From assembly GCA_965248265.1 (NCBI GenBank), contig CBDFJF010000001.1, positions 1,472,001-1,536,000 on the forward strand: DNA of 64,000 nt, written 5' to 3'. The notes under the pieces are model-generated. The model saw only the letters and a program-made list of their open reading frames with translations, did no database searches and had not been told where the DNA came from. The DNA is from Candidatus Latescibacterota bacterium. GTDB lineage: Bacteria; Latescibacterota; UBA2968; UBA8231. The translations under genes were made by a program, and so were the position numbers. Positions 38,028-48,725 of this stretch are shown piece after piece. Position 1 is the stretch's first letter. Every line of letters begins with the position of its first letter.

Positions 38028-39869
38028 ATGTCAGAGCCCACGTCGCTATCGAGCACAGCCCTCGACGGCCTGGAATCGGGAATGCCACGACAACCGGAAA
38101 CCAAACCAGCCGAGCTCACGTACCATAGACTCTGCGAAGCTTCCGAAGTCGAAGAAGGCGGCAGCAAACCGTTTTCCGTCGACGGTACCCACCTGGCCCT
38201 GTTCAAGTACGAAGGCAGCTTCCACGCCGTCGACAATCGCTGTCCCCACATGGGCTACCCGATGTCGGAAGGCAGTATTCGCGACGGCGTCCTCATCTGT
38301 CACTGGCATCACTGGGAGTTCGACCTCAAGACCGGTGGTTGCTTCCTGACCTCCGGCGACGACCTCAAGGCGTTTCCCGTCGAGGTGAGAGATGACGGCT
38401 GCGTCTACGTCGGACTCTCCCGGGGAGAAAAAGAGGAAGCGCGTCTTCGTCTGATCGAGCGGGGCAAGCGAGCTCTCGAGCAGGGACTCAAGGATCGCAG
38501 CTCCTTCCTGATCGCCAAGGCGGTTACCGCATTGCGTGAGAGCGGCGCCACGCCGCAGGAGATCATCCAGCACGGCCTGTTCTACGGAGCCTACAAATCA
38601 CAGGATGGCTGGTCTTCGGGAGTGACCATCCTCGCCATCGCCGCCAACATGTGGAGTGACGTAGCTCCCAGGGATCACAACCTCTTTCTCGTGCACGGCC
38701 TGACCCAGGTCGCGCGGAAAACGGGAGGCGGCTCCAGACGGCAGCGTTTCCCGTTCCCGAAGGCGAGCGATGAGCCCGACTTGGTGACCCTGAAACGCTG
38801 GTTCAGGCGCTACATCGATTTGCGTTCCAGCGGCCCGGCCGAGCGAATCCTCATCACGCTCCACGACCGCGGCTATCCTCCTGAAGTGATCGCCGATTTC
38901 GTCTTTACTGCGGCTACCGACTTCTACTTTACTGGCGACGGACACGCCCTCGATTTTGCTAACAAGACCTTCGAGGCCCTCGAGGAAGTCAGCTGGAAGG
39001 GCGCCCATGAGATCATGAGGCCGATCGTCGTCGACCTGGTCGGGCGGACCCGGCACGAGGAAACCTCTCGATGGGCGGATGCCGTACCCATCCTCGAAAA
39101 TGTCTTCACACGACTCGACTCGATCTGGGAGGCCAACCAGGCCAACCAACTCGACCTCGACATCTCGGCCTTCGCGCAGGTGTTCCTCCAGGATGAGTTC
39201 GAACCCATCGTCCAGGAGATCGAGAAGAAGCTATGCGACGGTGTCGATCCAAAGGCCATCTGCCGTGCCATGACCTACGCCGGCGCCATCCGGGTTGCCC
39301 GCTTTCATCTCAAGAACGAAGGCGACTGGCACGACGTCGCCAATATCTATTCCTACGCTCACGGACTGTACCGCGCCTTCGCTCTGGCACCGAGCGCGGA
39401 GCTCGTGCGCGGCATCTTCCACGGTGCCGTATTCATGACCTATCTCAAGTGGCTGAACATGCCCTCGGCTCGGGTGCCGAATCCAGGCCAACGCCTGGGG
39501 GAGACCTTCGATTCCGATGACAAAATGCTGGCGCGCCTGCAGGAGTTCGCCGATTTCCAGAAGGTTTTCGAGTCGGAGCTCGTCGTCAACGAATACCTGG
39601 AAGAGGGGCGCGACCTCAACAAGCTGCGTCAGGCACTGGCCCACGTCACCCTGCGTGAAGACGCGGAGCTGCACATGTTCCAGATGCTCGAGGTCGCCTA
39701 CCGCCACTTCGAGTTGAGTGAGGATCCCGAAGAGAAGCGCATGCACATGTTGGCGGCAACCCGGTACATCACCGCCCAGAAAGTCATGAAGGGTATCCTG
39801 TGGTCGACGGAGAATGCCGAGCGGCTGCAGCGAGGCGATCTGCTCAGTGATCGCGACGATGACGATTGA
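38028..39869 (+). CDS. Rieske (2Fe-2S) domain fused to a large uncharacterised helical domain
   Basis: CPH...CHWH Rieske motif; GHALDFANK, REDAELHMFQ. Confidence 0.85.
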   Translation: MSEPTSLSSTALDGLESGMPRQPETKPAELTYHRLCEASEVEEGGSKPFSVDGTHLALFKYEGSFHAVDNRCPHMGYPMSEGSIRDGVLICHWHHWEFDLKTGGCFLTSGDDLKAFPVEVRDDGCVYVGLSRGEKEEARLRLIERGKRALEQGLKDRSSFLIAKAVTALRESGATPQEIIQHGLFYGAYKSQDGWSSGVTILAIAANMWSDVAPRDHNLFLVHGLTQVARKTGGGSRRQRFPFPKASDEPDLVTLKRWFRRYIDLRSSGPAERILITLHDRGYPPEVIADFVFTAATDFYFTGDGHALDFANKTFEALEEVSWKGAHEIMRPIVVDLVGRTRHEETSRWADAVPILENVFTRLDSIWEANQANQLDLDISAFAQVFLQDEFEPIVQEIEKKLCDGVDPKAICRAMTYAGAIRVARFHLKNEGDWHDVANIYSYAHGLYRAFALAPSAELVRGIFHGAVFMTYLKWLNMPSARVPNPGQRLGETFDSDDKMLARLQEFADFQKVFESELVVNEYLEEGRDLNKLRQALAHVTLREDAELHMFQMLEVAYRHFELSEDPEEKRMHMLAATRYITAQKVMKGILWSTENAERLQRGDLLSDRDDDD

Positions 39870-40288
39870 TGGCAGCTGAAGAGTGCCCCTATATCGAAGC
39901 TGGGACCCAGCAGGCTGTGAGCGCCATTGGCGCCCAACAGCTGGCCCTCGACCGGTCGCCGTTCCGCTTCGGGCGGGAATCGCGCGGCAAGGAACACAAA
40001 GGCTGGCTCAGCAATCGCCGGATATTACCTTCCAAGCCGAACAACGAATGCTATATGCATGATTCGGGTTACTTCAGACAGATTTCGCGCGAGCATTTCC
40101 AGATCCGGCAAGGAGAGGATGGAACCTTCTGGCTGACGGACCGTGGAAGCAGCTGCGGGACCTGGGTAAATGGAAGTCGCCTCACCGCCGACTCGGGTGA
40201 GTGCGACCTCAGGAATGGTGACAAGATTGTCGTGGGGACGGCTGAATCGCCGTACATCTACACCTTCGTGGCGAAGACCTCGCACTGA
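39869..40288 (+). CDS. FHA domain protein
   Basis: FGR, ISREH, DRGSSCGTWVNG, GDKI; overlaps the Rieske gene stop (TGATG). Confidence 0.85.
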   Translation: MAAEECPYIEAGTQQAVSAIGAQQLALDRSPFRFGRESRGKEHKGWLSNRRILPSKPNNECYMHDSGYFRQISREHFQIRQGEDGTFWLTDRGSSCGTWVNGSRLTADSGECDLRNGDKIVVGTAESPYIYTFVAKTSH

Positions 40289-40289
40289 A

Positions 40290-40696
40290 AACGGCGATGC
40301 ATCGGTCATCCCGTGGACATGGACGGGGATGGCGACGTCGACGTGGTCATGGCCCTGCGCGGTTCCGATGATCCCACGGCTGTCGGACTGAACCAGATCG
40401 TCTGGTATGAGAATGATGGTGAATCGGAGTCATCATGGTCGAAGCACGTCATCGCCGACGGCGACGGGCAGATGGAAGTGGTGGCGACAGCCTGGGGCGT
40501 CGATGGACGCCTGGCCCTCTTCAAGCACCGGGGTGACCCGAGAGGACCATGGGACATGCAGATTCTCAAGCAGGGCTGGTCGAATGCCAATCAGGTGATC
40601 CTCGTCGACCTGATTGGCAACGGACGACTGGATATCGTTGCCTGCGCCGAACGCGGCAGTAATGAGCTTCGTTGGTGGAAGAATGAGGGCTCTTAG
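40290..40696 (+). pseudogene. FG-GAP/VCBS repeat protein remnant
   Basis: DMDGDGDVDVV, WYEN, DGDGQMEVV, DLIGNGRLDIV; 5' part missing and repeats collapsed. Confidence 0.7.
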
Positions 40697-41556
40697 TTGC
40701 GCCGCAAGCTGACGTCTCCATTGGTACTTCGCAGAGTGATTACCGGACCACCGCCCGTTCCGATCGAGCCGGTGATTCGATTGTTTGCCTGAGTCTCCGT
40801 CGAGGTCACTGAAAAATCCGAACTCGCCCTTCCGTTCGCCGTCTGCGCGTCCAGGCTTCCGTCGAATTCGCCCGGCAGCGAAACCATTACGCCTCCGTTT
40901 ACCGTCGCCGCCGTGAGCGGCATGTCGCTACTTCGCACCGTCACGTTCACACCCCCGTTGACGGCCGAGAACCCTCCCTCTCCAAGAAGCTCCGTCAGGT
41001 CAGCTGACACCGCGCCGTTGACGGTCGCCAGGGTGATGGGTCCGCACGCGCCGCTGACTTCGATCGCACCGTTGGTGGTCTGAACCGACACTTCTTTCTC
41101 CATACCCGTCACTTCGACGGAGCCGTTAACGGCTGTCAACCGGGCAATGAGATCGGCCGGCGCTGTGATGTCGAATTGAACAGACACGTTGACGTTGCTC
41201 GGCGGTTTGGGATAGGACGTGAGTACGACTATCTGGCCGTCACTGTGTTCCGCCGTCACCTCGACATCCTGAAGGAAGTTCTCTGCGGTAGATCGATCAT
41301 ATGCCTCGACCTTCTTGAACGCCTCCACCGTCACCACGTCGCCTTCGATCGCTCGCAACGTTATCTGCCCGTTGATGGTCCCCACGACCAGTTCACTTGC
41401 TGTGGTAGCGTCGACGGTGCGTGACAGCGATTCGCTTTCGGAGACTCGGTTGCTGTCTGAAGAGAGCACGGAATCGCTGCATCCGGGCAGGGCGACGGCG
41501 AGCATTGCCGTCATCGTCAGGGTCAGCCGGTCAAGATTGGTGGGTCGCATGGTCAT
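40693..41556 (-). CDS. DUF4097 / adhesin-like beta-strand repeat lipoprotein
   Basis: Lipobox LPGC; repeated T/V-NG-x-V/I units. Confidence 0.85.
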   Translation of the reverse strand: MTMRPTNLDRLTLTMTAMLAVALPGCSDSVLSSDSNRVSESESLSRTVDATTASELVVGTINGQITLRAIEGDVVTVEAFKKVEAYDRSTAENFLQDVEVTAEHSDGQIVVLTSYPKPPSNVNVSVQFDITAPADLIARLTAVNGSVEVTGMEKEVSVQTTNGAIEVSGACGPITLATVNGAVSADLTELLGEGGFSAVNGGVNVTVRSSDMPLTAATVNGGVMVSLPGEFDGSLDAQTANGRASSDFSVTSTETQANNRITGSIGTGGGPVITLRSTNGDVSLRRN

Positions 41557-41713
41557 CCCTCGAAGTGTCTTGTATAGTCTAGTATTGTAACACAGTAGAG
41601 TCGCAGAAGTGACACCTGGAGCAAAAAAAAGCCGGCTTTGCTCACACTATGCGACCAACGTAGCTTTCCGATGGTCACCCCCACTTAGCAGCTGTCAGAC
41701 CCTGGAGACCATC

Positions 41714-42634
41714 ATGCGAGAAATGAAGGGCTATATCGTACCGATCTTCACCCCGTTCAACCAGGACGGGTCGGTCGATGATGCGGCCATGCGCCACAAC
41801 ATTTCATACCTCATCGACGAGGACATCCACGGCATCACTCTGACCGGATCATTCGGAGAGTTCCCGCTGTTGAGCGTGCAGGAGCGCATCGATCTGTTCG
41901 AGATCGCTGCCGATGAAGGGGCTGGGCGATGCACCATCATTGCCGGCACCTCGGACGCCAGCACGGAAGCCGTGATCGAGATGAGCGAGGCTGCGGCGAA
42001 GAGCGGCTGTGACGGGCTCATGATCGTGCCGCCACCGTACCTGTTGCCCTCGGAACGCGATCTCGCCAACCATTTTAAGCTGATCGCTGATCGCGTCTCG
42101 TTGCCAATCACCATTTACAACAATCCACCGCGTACCGGATTGAGCATGAGCACGGGCCTGCTGCTCGAACTCAGTCAGCTCGAACGTGTGGTATCGGTCA
42201 AACAATCCAGCCAGAACTTCTTCGACCTGCTGGAACTCATCCGGCTGACGGCGGATCAGCCAGACTTCTGGGTAACCAACGGCCAGGAGCACTGGGCTTT
42301 CCCAGCTATGGTGATGGGAGCCCAGGCGGCCTACGGCGTATCACCGTTGCTGATCGGTCGGGAGTGCATCGAGCTCTACAATTGCGCCCAGCGCGACGAT
42401 GTCCAGGGCGGCCGCGCCATCCAATTGAAGGTCAATATCATCCGGGCCGCGTTGCGGCGTTGCGACGGCACCCCGGCCGCCTGTATTCGTGAACTTGCGA
42501 ACATGCGGGGCCTGGCCGGCGGCCATCCACGTGCCCCGATCACCGGGTTGTCAGACGAAGACAAGCGGACTCTGCAGGAGGCAATCGATGCGGTCGGCAT
42601 CACGCCCGTGGCACAGTCGGCCCTGGCGAACTGA
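41714..42634 (+). CDS. Dihydrodipicolinate synthase family aldolase
   Basis: TPF, GSFGEF, YNNP.RTG, VSVKQS. Confidence 0.9.
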   Translation: MREMKGYIVPIFTPFNQDGSVDDAAMRHNISYLIDEDIHGITLTGSFGEFPLLSVQERIDLFEIAADEGAGRCTIIAGTSDASTEAVIEMSEAAAKSGCDGLMIVPPPYLLPSERDLANHFKLIADRVSLPITIYNNPPRTGLSMSTGLLLELSQLERVVSVKQSSQNFFDLLELIRLTADQPDFWVTNGQEHWAFPAMVMGAQAAYGVSPLLIGRECIELYNCAQRDDVQGGRAIQLKVNIIRAALRRCDGTPAACIRELANMRGLAGGHPRAPITGLSDEDKRTLQEAIDAVGITPVAQSALAN

Positions 42635-43608
42635 TGCAATTCCGAACACTCGGACGCACCGGTCTGAGGGTTTCTTTACTCGGTTTTGGCACCGGTGGTC
42701 CACGCAATTTCGGCCAGGACTCCGACGTAACCTTTGAACAACAGAAGGCACTTGTACATTACTGCCTCGATTGCGGCATCAACCTCTTTGACACCGCGCA
42801 GGGCTACGGTGACTCGGAGCTGTTGCTGGCTCGCACCCTGGAGGGCGTACCGCGTGAACGGTACGTGCTGTCGAGCAAGTGGAGCCACACGGAGTGGAAA
42901 TCACCCAGCGGCACGGGTAAACCCGACGGTCCTATCTGGGAGGACCCGGAGAAGGTTGCCGAAGGCGTCGAATCGAGCCTGCAGCGGCTGTCGACTGATC
43001 ATATCGACATCTTCCACCTGCATGGAGTACTTCCCGACCAGAGCGCCATGGTCGCCGATCGCTTCGGTCCGGTCATCCAGCGACTCAAGGAGCAGGGCAA
43101 GATCCGCTTCCTCAGCTTGAGCGAGCGCTTCATATCGGATCCCAAGCACGAGGGATGCGTCGCCGGCATGAAGCGGGATCCTGAACTGTGGGATGTGATC
43201 ATGCTCAAGTACGGGATCCTCAATCAGTGGGCATCACGCGAAGCACTGCCCCTGGCGCAGGAAACGGGCACCGGCGTCATGAACATGGCCGCCGTGCGCA
43301 TCAAGCTCCCCGATCCTGAGAAGCTCGAAGCGCTGATCGCGGATTGGAAGCAGCGCGAACTGATCGACCGTGACAAGGTGCCGGACAAGAGGCCGCTCGA
43401 TTGGTTGATCCGCGACGGGGTCACCTCCGTCGTCGACGCAGCCTACAAGTTCGGCGCAGACCACCCGGCCGTCGCAACCCTGCTGACGGGCACCGTCAAC
43501 ATCGAACACCTCAAGCAGAACATCGCCGCCATTGAGCGGCCGCAACTGCCCGACAGCGACAAACAGAGGATTATTCAGTTGTTCAGCCACATCGCCGAGT
43601 ACGCGTGA
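42634..43608 (+). CDS. Aldo/keto reductase
   Basis: LGRTGLRVS, FDTAQGYG, SLQRL.TDHIDIFHLH. Confidence 0.92.
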   Translation: MQFRTLGRTGLRVSLLGFGTGGPRNFGQDSDVTFEQQKALVHYCLDCGINLFDTAQGYGDSELLLARTLEGVPRERYVLSSKWSHTEWKSPSGTGKPDGPIWEDPEKVAEGVESSLQRLSTDHIDIFHLHGVLPDQSAMVADRFGPVIQRLKEQGKIRFLSLSERFISDPKHEGCVAGMKRDPELWDVIMLKYGILNQWASREALPLAQETGTGVMNMAAVRIKLPDPEKLEALIADWKQRELIDRDKVPDKRPLDWLIRDGVTSVVDAAYKFGADHPAVATLLTGTVNIEHLKQNIAAIERPQLPDSDKQRIIQLFSHIAEYA

Positions 43609-43618
43609 GCAGGACCGC

Positions 43619-44680
43619 ATGCCTCAACCAAAGATTGTCGTTTTCGCCCCGGCCGACGAAGAAAGTCTCGAACGGCTTCAGAACGCCGGCTGTCATCTCA
43701 TCGTAGGCTCGGCCGGCTGGTCCTCCCCGCAAGGCAATAGCGAGGATGAACTCGTCACGATGGCTCAGGATGCGGCCGTGCTGGCGGGAGCCACCATCAA
43801 GAGTGCCCGCATTTCACGTCGTGTGATGGAGTCATCCGACCAGCTGCGCCTCGTCGCCAAGTACTCGGTCGGCGTGGATGACGTCGATGTCGACGCCGCG
43901 ACCCAGTTGGGTGTCCTGGTCACCCATGCCCCCACGGAGGCCAACTGGGGATCGGTCGCCGAACACACCATGGCCACGATGCTGACGCTCTTGAAGAAAC
44001 TCCGCGAACGTGACCGCACCGTGCGCGCCGAAGCATGGCGCGCCCCGGAGCTGACGGCTACCTACGTGGGCCGGCGTGCCGATGGCTATACCGGTATTAC
44101 CATCGGCATCGTCGGACTCGGCCGCGTTGGCGGACGGGTCGCCAAACTGCTGCGCCCGTGGGGTGCGCGCGTCATCGCCGCCGATCCCTACATCGAGGCT
44201 CACCGTTTCGTCGACCACGGAGTCGAACAGGTGGATCTCGAGTCCCTGCTGCGTCAGGCTGACGTCGTCTCCGTGCATGTGACCTTGACCGCCGAAACCC
44301 GGCATTTGATCGGCCGTGAACAGCTCAGTATCATGAAGCCGACGGCCATCCTGCAGAACAACGCTCGGGGACCCATCGTCGATGAGGCAGCACTGGCTGA
44401 TGCCCTGCGCGGCGGCCAGATCGCCGCCGCCGCCCTCGACGTGTTCGAACATGAACCGCTGTTGCCGGACAGCCCGTTGCGCGAGTTGGGTGACAAGGTG
44501 CTGCTGACGCCCCATATGTCCGCCAGCTGCCAGCAGGCGGGTCTGCATGAAGGTTGCCGGTGGGCGGCGGAAGGCATCATCGAGGCGCTGCACGGACGGT
44601 TGCCCGGACACATCGTCAATCCGGAGGCCATCGAACCATGGCGGGCACGGTTCGAAGACCGATCCGCTTGCGACGGCTGA
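43619..44680 (+). CDS. D-isomer-specific 2-hydroxyacid dehydrogenase
   Basis: GIVGLGRVG, NNARG, LDVFEHEP, TPH. Confidence 0.92.
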   Translation: MPQPKIVVFAPADEESLERLQNAGCHLIVGSAGWSSPQGNSEDELVTMAQDAAVLAGATIKSARISRRVMESSDQLRLVAKYSVGVDDVDVDAATQLGVLVTHAPTEANWGSVAEHTMATMLTLLKKLRERDRTVRAEAWRAPELTATYVGRRADGYTGITIGIVGLGRVGGRVAKLLRPWGARVIAADPYIEAHRFVDHGVEQVDLESLLRQADVVSVHVTLTAETRHLIGREQLSIMKPTAILQNNARGPIVDEAALADALRGGQIAAAALDVFEHEPLLPDSPLRELGDKVLLTPHMSASCQQAGLHEGCRWAAEGIIEALHGRLPGHIVNPEAIEPWRARFEDRSACDG

Positions 44681-44699
44681 CCATGCAAGGAAACACCAA

Positions 44700-45863
44700 A
44701 TGAAAATTACCAGGGTGACACCCTACGTCATGTGGGGAGGCGACCGCGGCAAGGGGCCATTTTCTTCCACCATGTGGGGCGGTGGCGCCGGACGTAACTG
44801 GCTGTTCGTCAAAGTCGAGACAGACTCCGGACTGCACGGCTGGGGCGAGGGCTCTCTCGTCAACCAGACCCAGACCATCGCCCAGGCCGTACATCACCTG
44901 GCCGAGGACATCATCGGTCATGACGCCAGCGCCATCGAACGGCACTGGCAGGTCATGTTTCTGCACAACCGCTACCGCGGCGGTGTCGTCCTCAACTCAG
45001 CGCTGAGTGCCATCGATCAGGCGCTGTGGGATATCAAGGGCAAGGCGTTGGGCGTGCCGGTCTATCAGCTGTTGGGTGGCGCCGTGCGCAACCACATCCG
45101 CAGTTACTCGGGGGCCGGTGACGCCGAGCAGGCAGTCCAGCGAGTGAAGGAGGGCTTTACCGCTGTAAAAGGGGGTGCGTGGTACACGGACAAGGACATC
45201 GACGAGAAGCAGGTCGTGCCGCGTTTTCGCGAAGCGGTGGCTGCAATGCGCCAGGCCGTCGGCGCGGACGTCGACATCATGATCGACAATCACGGCCGTT
45301 CCCGCCCTTCGCTGGCGATCCGTCAGATCCGCGCCGTGGAAGAATTCGACCTCCTGTTCTTCGAGGAGCCGGTGCCACCGGACAACGTCGAGAACTACGC
45401 CCTGCTGCGGCAGGCTGGCCTCAAAATCGACATCGCCACCGGTGAACGGCTGCTTAACCGGTGGCAGTACCGTGAACTGATCGAGCGCCAGCTCGTCGAC
45501 GTGATTCAACCCGATGTCTGTCACTGCGGTGGCATATCGGAGTTTCGCCGTATCGCCGCGCTGGCCGAGATCTACCAGATCCAGCTGGCTCCGCACAATC
45601 CCAAAGGCCCTGTCGCCACGGCCGCCAGTGTTCACGCCTGCGCCACGATTCCGAACTTCCTCATTCTCGAGCACGTGCATCGTTGCCCGCTCTTCGAAGA
45701 GATCCAGATCGAACCGATGGTCATGGGCAACGGCGGTTATGATCTGCCGACGCGGCCGGGATTGGGCGTCGATCTCAATGAGGAAGTAATCGCCGCCAAC
45801 CCGCATAAGGACCGGCCGGTGATCCAGGCTTTTCTGGCGGACGGCACCCCCACACACCCGTGA
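44700..45863 (+). CDS. Galactonate dehydratase-like enolase superfamily enzyme
   Basis: WDIKGKALGVPVYQLLGG, DNHGR, FEEP, GER, PHNP.GP. Confidence 0.9.
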   Translation: MKITRVTPYVMWGGDRGKGPFSSTMWGGGAGRNWLFVKVETDSGLHGWGEGSLVNQTQTIAQAVHHLAEDIIGHDASAIERHWQVMFLHNRYRGGVVLNSALSAIDQALWDIKGKALGVPVYQLLGGAVRNHIRSYSGAGDAEQAVQRVKEGFTAVKGGAWYTDKDIDEKQVVPRFREAVAAMRQAVGADVDIMIDNHGRSRPSLAIRQIRAVEEFDLLFFEEPVPPDNVENYALLRQAGLKIDIATGERLLNRWQYRELIERQLVDVIQPDVCHCGGISEFRRIAALAEIYQIQLAPHNPKGPVATAASVHACATIPNFLILEHVHRCPLFEEIQIEPMVMGNGGYDLPTRPGLGVDLNEEVIAANPHKDRPVIQAFLADGTPTHP

Positions 45864-45944
45864 ACCTCCACCACACTGGGTTCGTCGTCCGCGACCGCTA
45901 TCTTGCGCTCGGCTACGGAACATCGTCGTAGATGAAAGGACAAC

Positions 45945-46075
45945 ATGATGCCGACCAAAACTCTCACGATTGACTCACAGGTACATGCCTACGAGCGGGA
46001 TCGTCCCGAACGACCCTGGAGTGGGTCTCTGCCGGGACCCGACGAGGTCACAGGCGACGATATGGTCGCAGCCTT
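45945..46075 (+). pseudogene. N-terminal remnant of an amidohydrolase
   Basis: AAAGGA RBS; MMPTKTLTIDSQVHAYERDRPERPW...TGDDMVAA, then runs into the opposite-strand gene. Confidence 0.7.
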
Positions 46076-47181
46076 TCGTCCGTCACCCCCATGTCCAGCA
46101 ACAGCGTGACTTGCGAGCGTATGAGGTCGAGATAGCCGTAGTCGCCGGTGAGCATGAGGGCGCACTCGGCCGCGACGGTCGCGGCGATGAAGTTGTGATC
46201 GGCCGACCAGCGGCTGTTCCAGCCATACAGACCTCCCCACCACTGTCCCTGTCGCTGTTCGCCGACTCTGCCCGTCGGTCCGACGTTGTCCGGCAGGATG
46301 CCGTCGTTGGCCCGCAGCCGCTCCATCCAGGCGTCGGTGTAGTCGAGAACCCACTGCCTGTACTTATCCTCGCCGGTGTACAGATACGCGTGTGTCACGA
46401 GGCCGGTGGCGGCCAGGTTGTCTGCTACATCCCCATTGAGGATGACTTCGTCGAATAGGTTGACGATTTCGTCACGGCGCTGATCGTCCTCATACCAATC
46501 CTCCTCGAGATCCGCCACCACCGGATGGAGATTCGAGCGCTGCGCGAAACCGGAGATGCCGATGCCGGTCAACCGGTACCAGGGGTCGATCAGTGCCTTC
46601 ACCCGGTCGGCATCCATGTGATGCATGGGGCCAACGCTACTGTGAAACGGTGACCGGATGATCCTGTTTATCGGGTCGTAGTTGGGTGCATGATCGTCCT
46701 CGCCCATGTACATCGCCGCGAACTTCCTGGTGCGGGCGATATTGTCCACATTGGTCGGATCGGCGACGCCCATATCGTAAAGGGCCATGTTGCCCTCACC
46801 CATGTGAAACCAGTCACATGGACCGTTCTGATTGTAGTACTCGTTGTGCAGTTGTCCCTCGAGATTGCGGTGCGGAGGTCCGATAGGATTGACGTCGTCG
46901 AAGCGGCGCGTCGTCGCGTCCCAGGCTCGCAGCGCCCACTCCCACAAGCGCTCATCGCCCCCCATCGAGTACAACAGTCCCCAATTGTGGAAGATCTCGT
47001 ACACGTCATCGACATCCTGTACGTAGTAGACGTTGCCATCCGGATAGCAGTACTTCTCGATGAACAGCTGCGCCGAGCGCTCCATCAGTCCGATCAGGTT
47101 GCGCTCCATGAGCGCCCACGCCGGAGGTGGAGCGATCTTGGTCGCGCGCAGGGTGGGCTGACTCTCGACAGGTGCTGGCAT
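46048..47181 (-). pseudogene. Conserved hypothetical protein, probably 3'-truncated
   Basis: Coding-like 377 aa (DDVYE, DWFHMGEG, PDNVG, WWGG.YGW); last codons are antisense to the amidohydrolase remnant. Confidence 0.6.
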
Positions 47182-47329
47182 GGGACCTCCCTACGGGTTT
47201 GTTGGGCTGCTCTTTTCTCGGCCTCGAGGTGCGCCTCATGAGTATAGGAGAAAGAAGAACACACTTGAAGTTCCACGCCGCGTGACCATACTTTGCGATG
47301 TTGTTGCCATTCACCATTGGAGGAGACTC

Positions 47330-48646
47330 ATGAGCAACGTCCCGATGACGCGACCTGCAGAAGCCAGGGCTGTCCACAGTACGAGGTACTTTCACTCCTC
47401 CACGTTCGTGGAGGTGGAGGATGGGCGCATCCTGCACGCCGCGAATCGGACCTTCACCACGTCCGATGACGGCGGCCTGACCTGGTCGGGGGAATCGCAG
47501 AGGCGAGACAGCGACGGAAACGAAGTCGGTCATGGCGGCACTTCATTGGTGAAGCTGTCCGGCAAAGGCATCGGTCTGGCCGCCATGGTTAAGGGCAAGG
47601 ACGACCCCAGGGCAAACTCGGGTGTCGTGTTCTGGCGGTCGGAGGACGCCGGCGAAACGTGGGAGCCACCCGTGAGGGTCACGCCCCATGGTATAGGCAC
47701 GCACGCGTATCAGGATGTCCTGCTGCGCACTTCGTCAGGGCGCCTCATCCTGCCAGTGTACGTATCCCTGGGCCAGGGTCAGGGACCCGGCGATGTGAAG
47801 CCGCCCAACAATGGCAAGCTGGTCAACAATCAATGGGTCTCCACGAGTGCCCACTTCTTCGACCCCCACTTCAGCGCCTCTCGGGTCTTCTACTCAGACG
47901 ACGACGGCCGGTCATGGCAACCTAACAAAGACGGCGAGCTAATCATTTTGTTAGATTGGTCCACCACGTTCAGTTACAATGGCGAGCCCAGCGTGGCCGA
48001 GGTGTCGCCGGGAACCCTCCTGCTGATGACCCGAACCGGCCTGGGGCGCCACTTCCAGGCCTGGTCCTACGACGATGGCGAGACGTGGACGAGGCTTCAG
48101 CCGAGCCCACTGGCGGCGGGCACGAGCCCCGCGCAGATACGCTCGATCCCGGCGACCGGCCATCTGCTCATGGTGTGGAACCAGGAGAACGAGGAGGAGA
48201 TCAAGTGGGGCTACAACCGCACGCGGCTGTCGTCGGCCGTCAGTCGAAACGGTGGAAGCGTGTGGGAATTCTTCCAGAACATAGAGTCCATTCACGAGCC
48301 CACCCGTGTGGAGCCCGGCCCTGTCCAGGCCCTTCGCCCCGAGGAGTGCCATTTCGAGCCTGGCGTACCAGCGCCAGAGCGTGACGCCCGGCACATCCTC
48401 CAATACGATTTCCACGGCCGCTGGTCCTACCCGTCGGTGTTCGTCATGAAGGACCGAGTCCTCGTCGCGTACACCTACTCCGTTTACGAAGAGCATCCCA
48501 CGGCAGCCCGGCTCGTGCTCAGCAGAGAGCAGGATGGCGCGCCCAACCAGAAGCTGAAGGTGCTGCCCCTGAGCTGGTTCTACGGCGGCAAGGAGCCGGC
48601 GGACAACCCCTCCCTGCCCAGAGCCCACGAGCCGGCCAGCCCGTAA
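47330..48646 (+). CDS. Sialidase-like BNR/Asp-box protein
   Basis: SDDGGLTW, SEDAGETW, SDDDGRSW, SYDDGETW, SYPSV; GGAGGAG RBS. Confidence 0.88.
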   Translation: MSNVPMTRPAEARAVHSTRYFHSSTFVEVEDGRILHAANRTFTTSDDGGLTWSGESQRRDSDGNEVGHGGTSLVKLSGKGIGLAAMVKGKDDPRANSGVVFWRSEDAGETWEPPVRVTPHGIGTHAYQDVLLRTSSGRLILPVYVSLGQGQGPGDVKPPNNGKLVNNQWVSTSAHFFDPHFSASRVFYSDDDGRSWQPNKDGELIILLDWSTTFSYNGEPSVAEVSPGTLLLMTRTGLGRHFQAWSYDDGETWTRLQPSPLAAGTSPAQIRSIPATGHLLMVWNQENEEEIKWGYNRTRLSSAVSRNGGSVWEFFQNIESIHEPTRVEPGPVQALRPEECHFEPGVPAPERDARHILQYDFHGRWSYPSVFVMKDRVLVAYTYSVYEEHPTAARLVLSREQDGAPNQKLKVLPLSWFYGGKEPADNPSLPRAHEPASP

Positions 48647-48725
48647 AAGATCTCCCACCTTCGGATGGCGCCCGTGGGCCAATCTGTGTTGGTTTTCACG
48701 GGATGGAATCATGGAGGAGTCAGCA

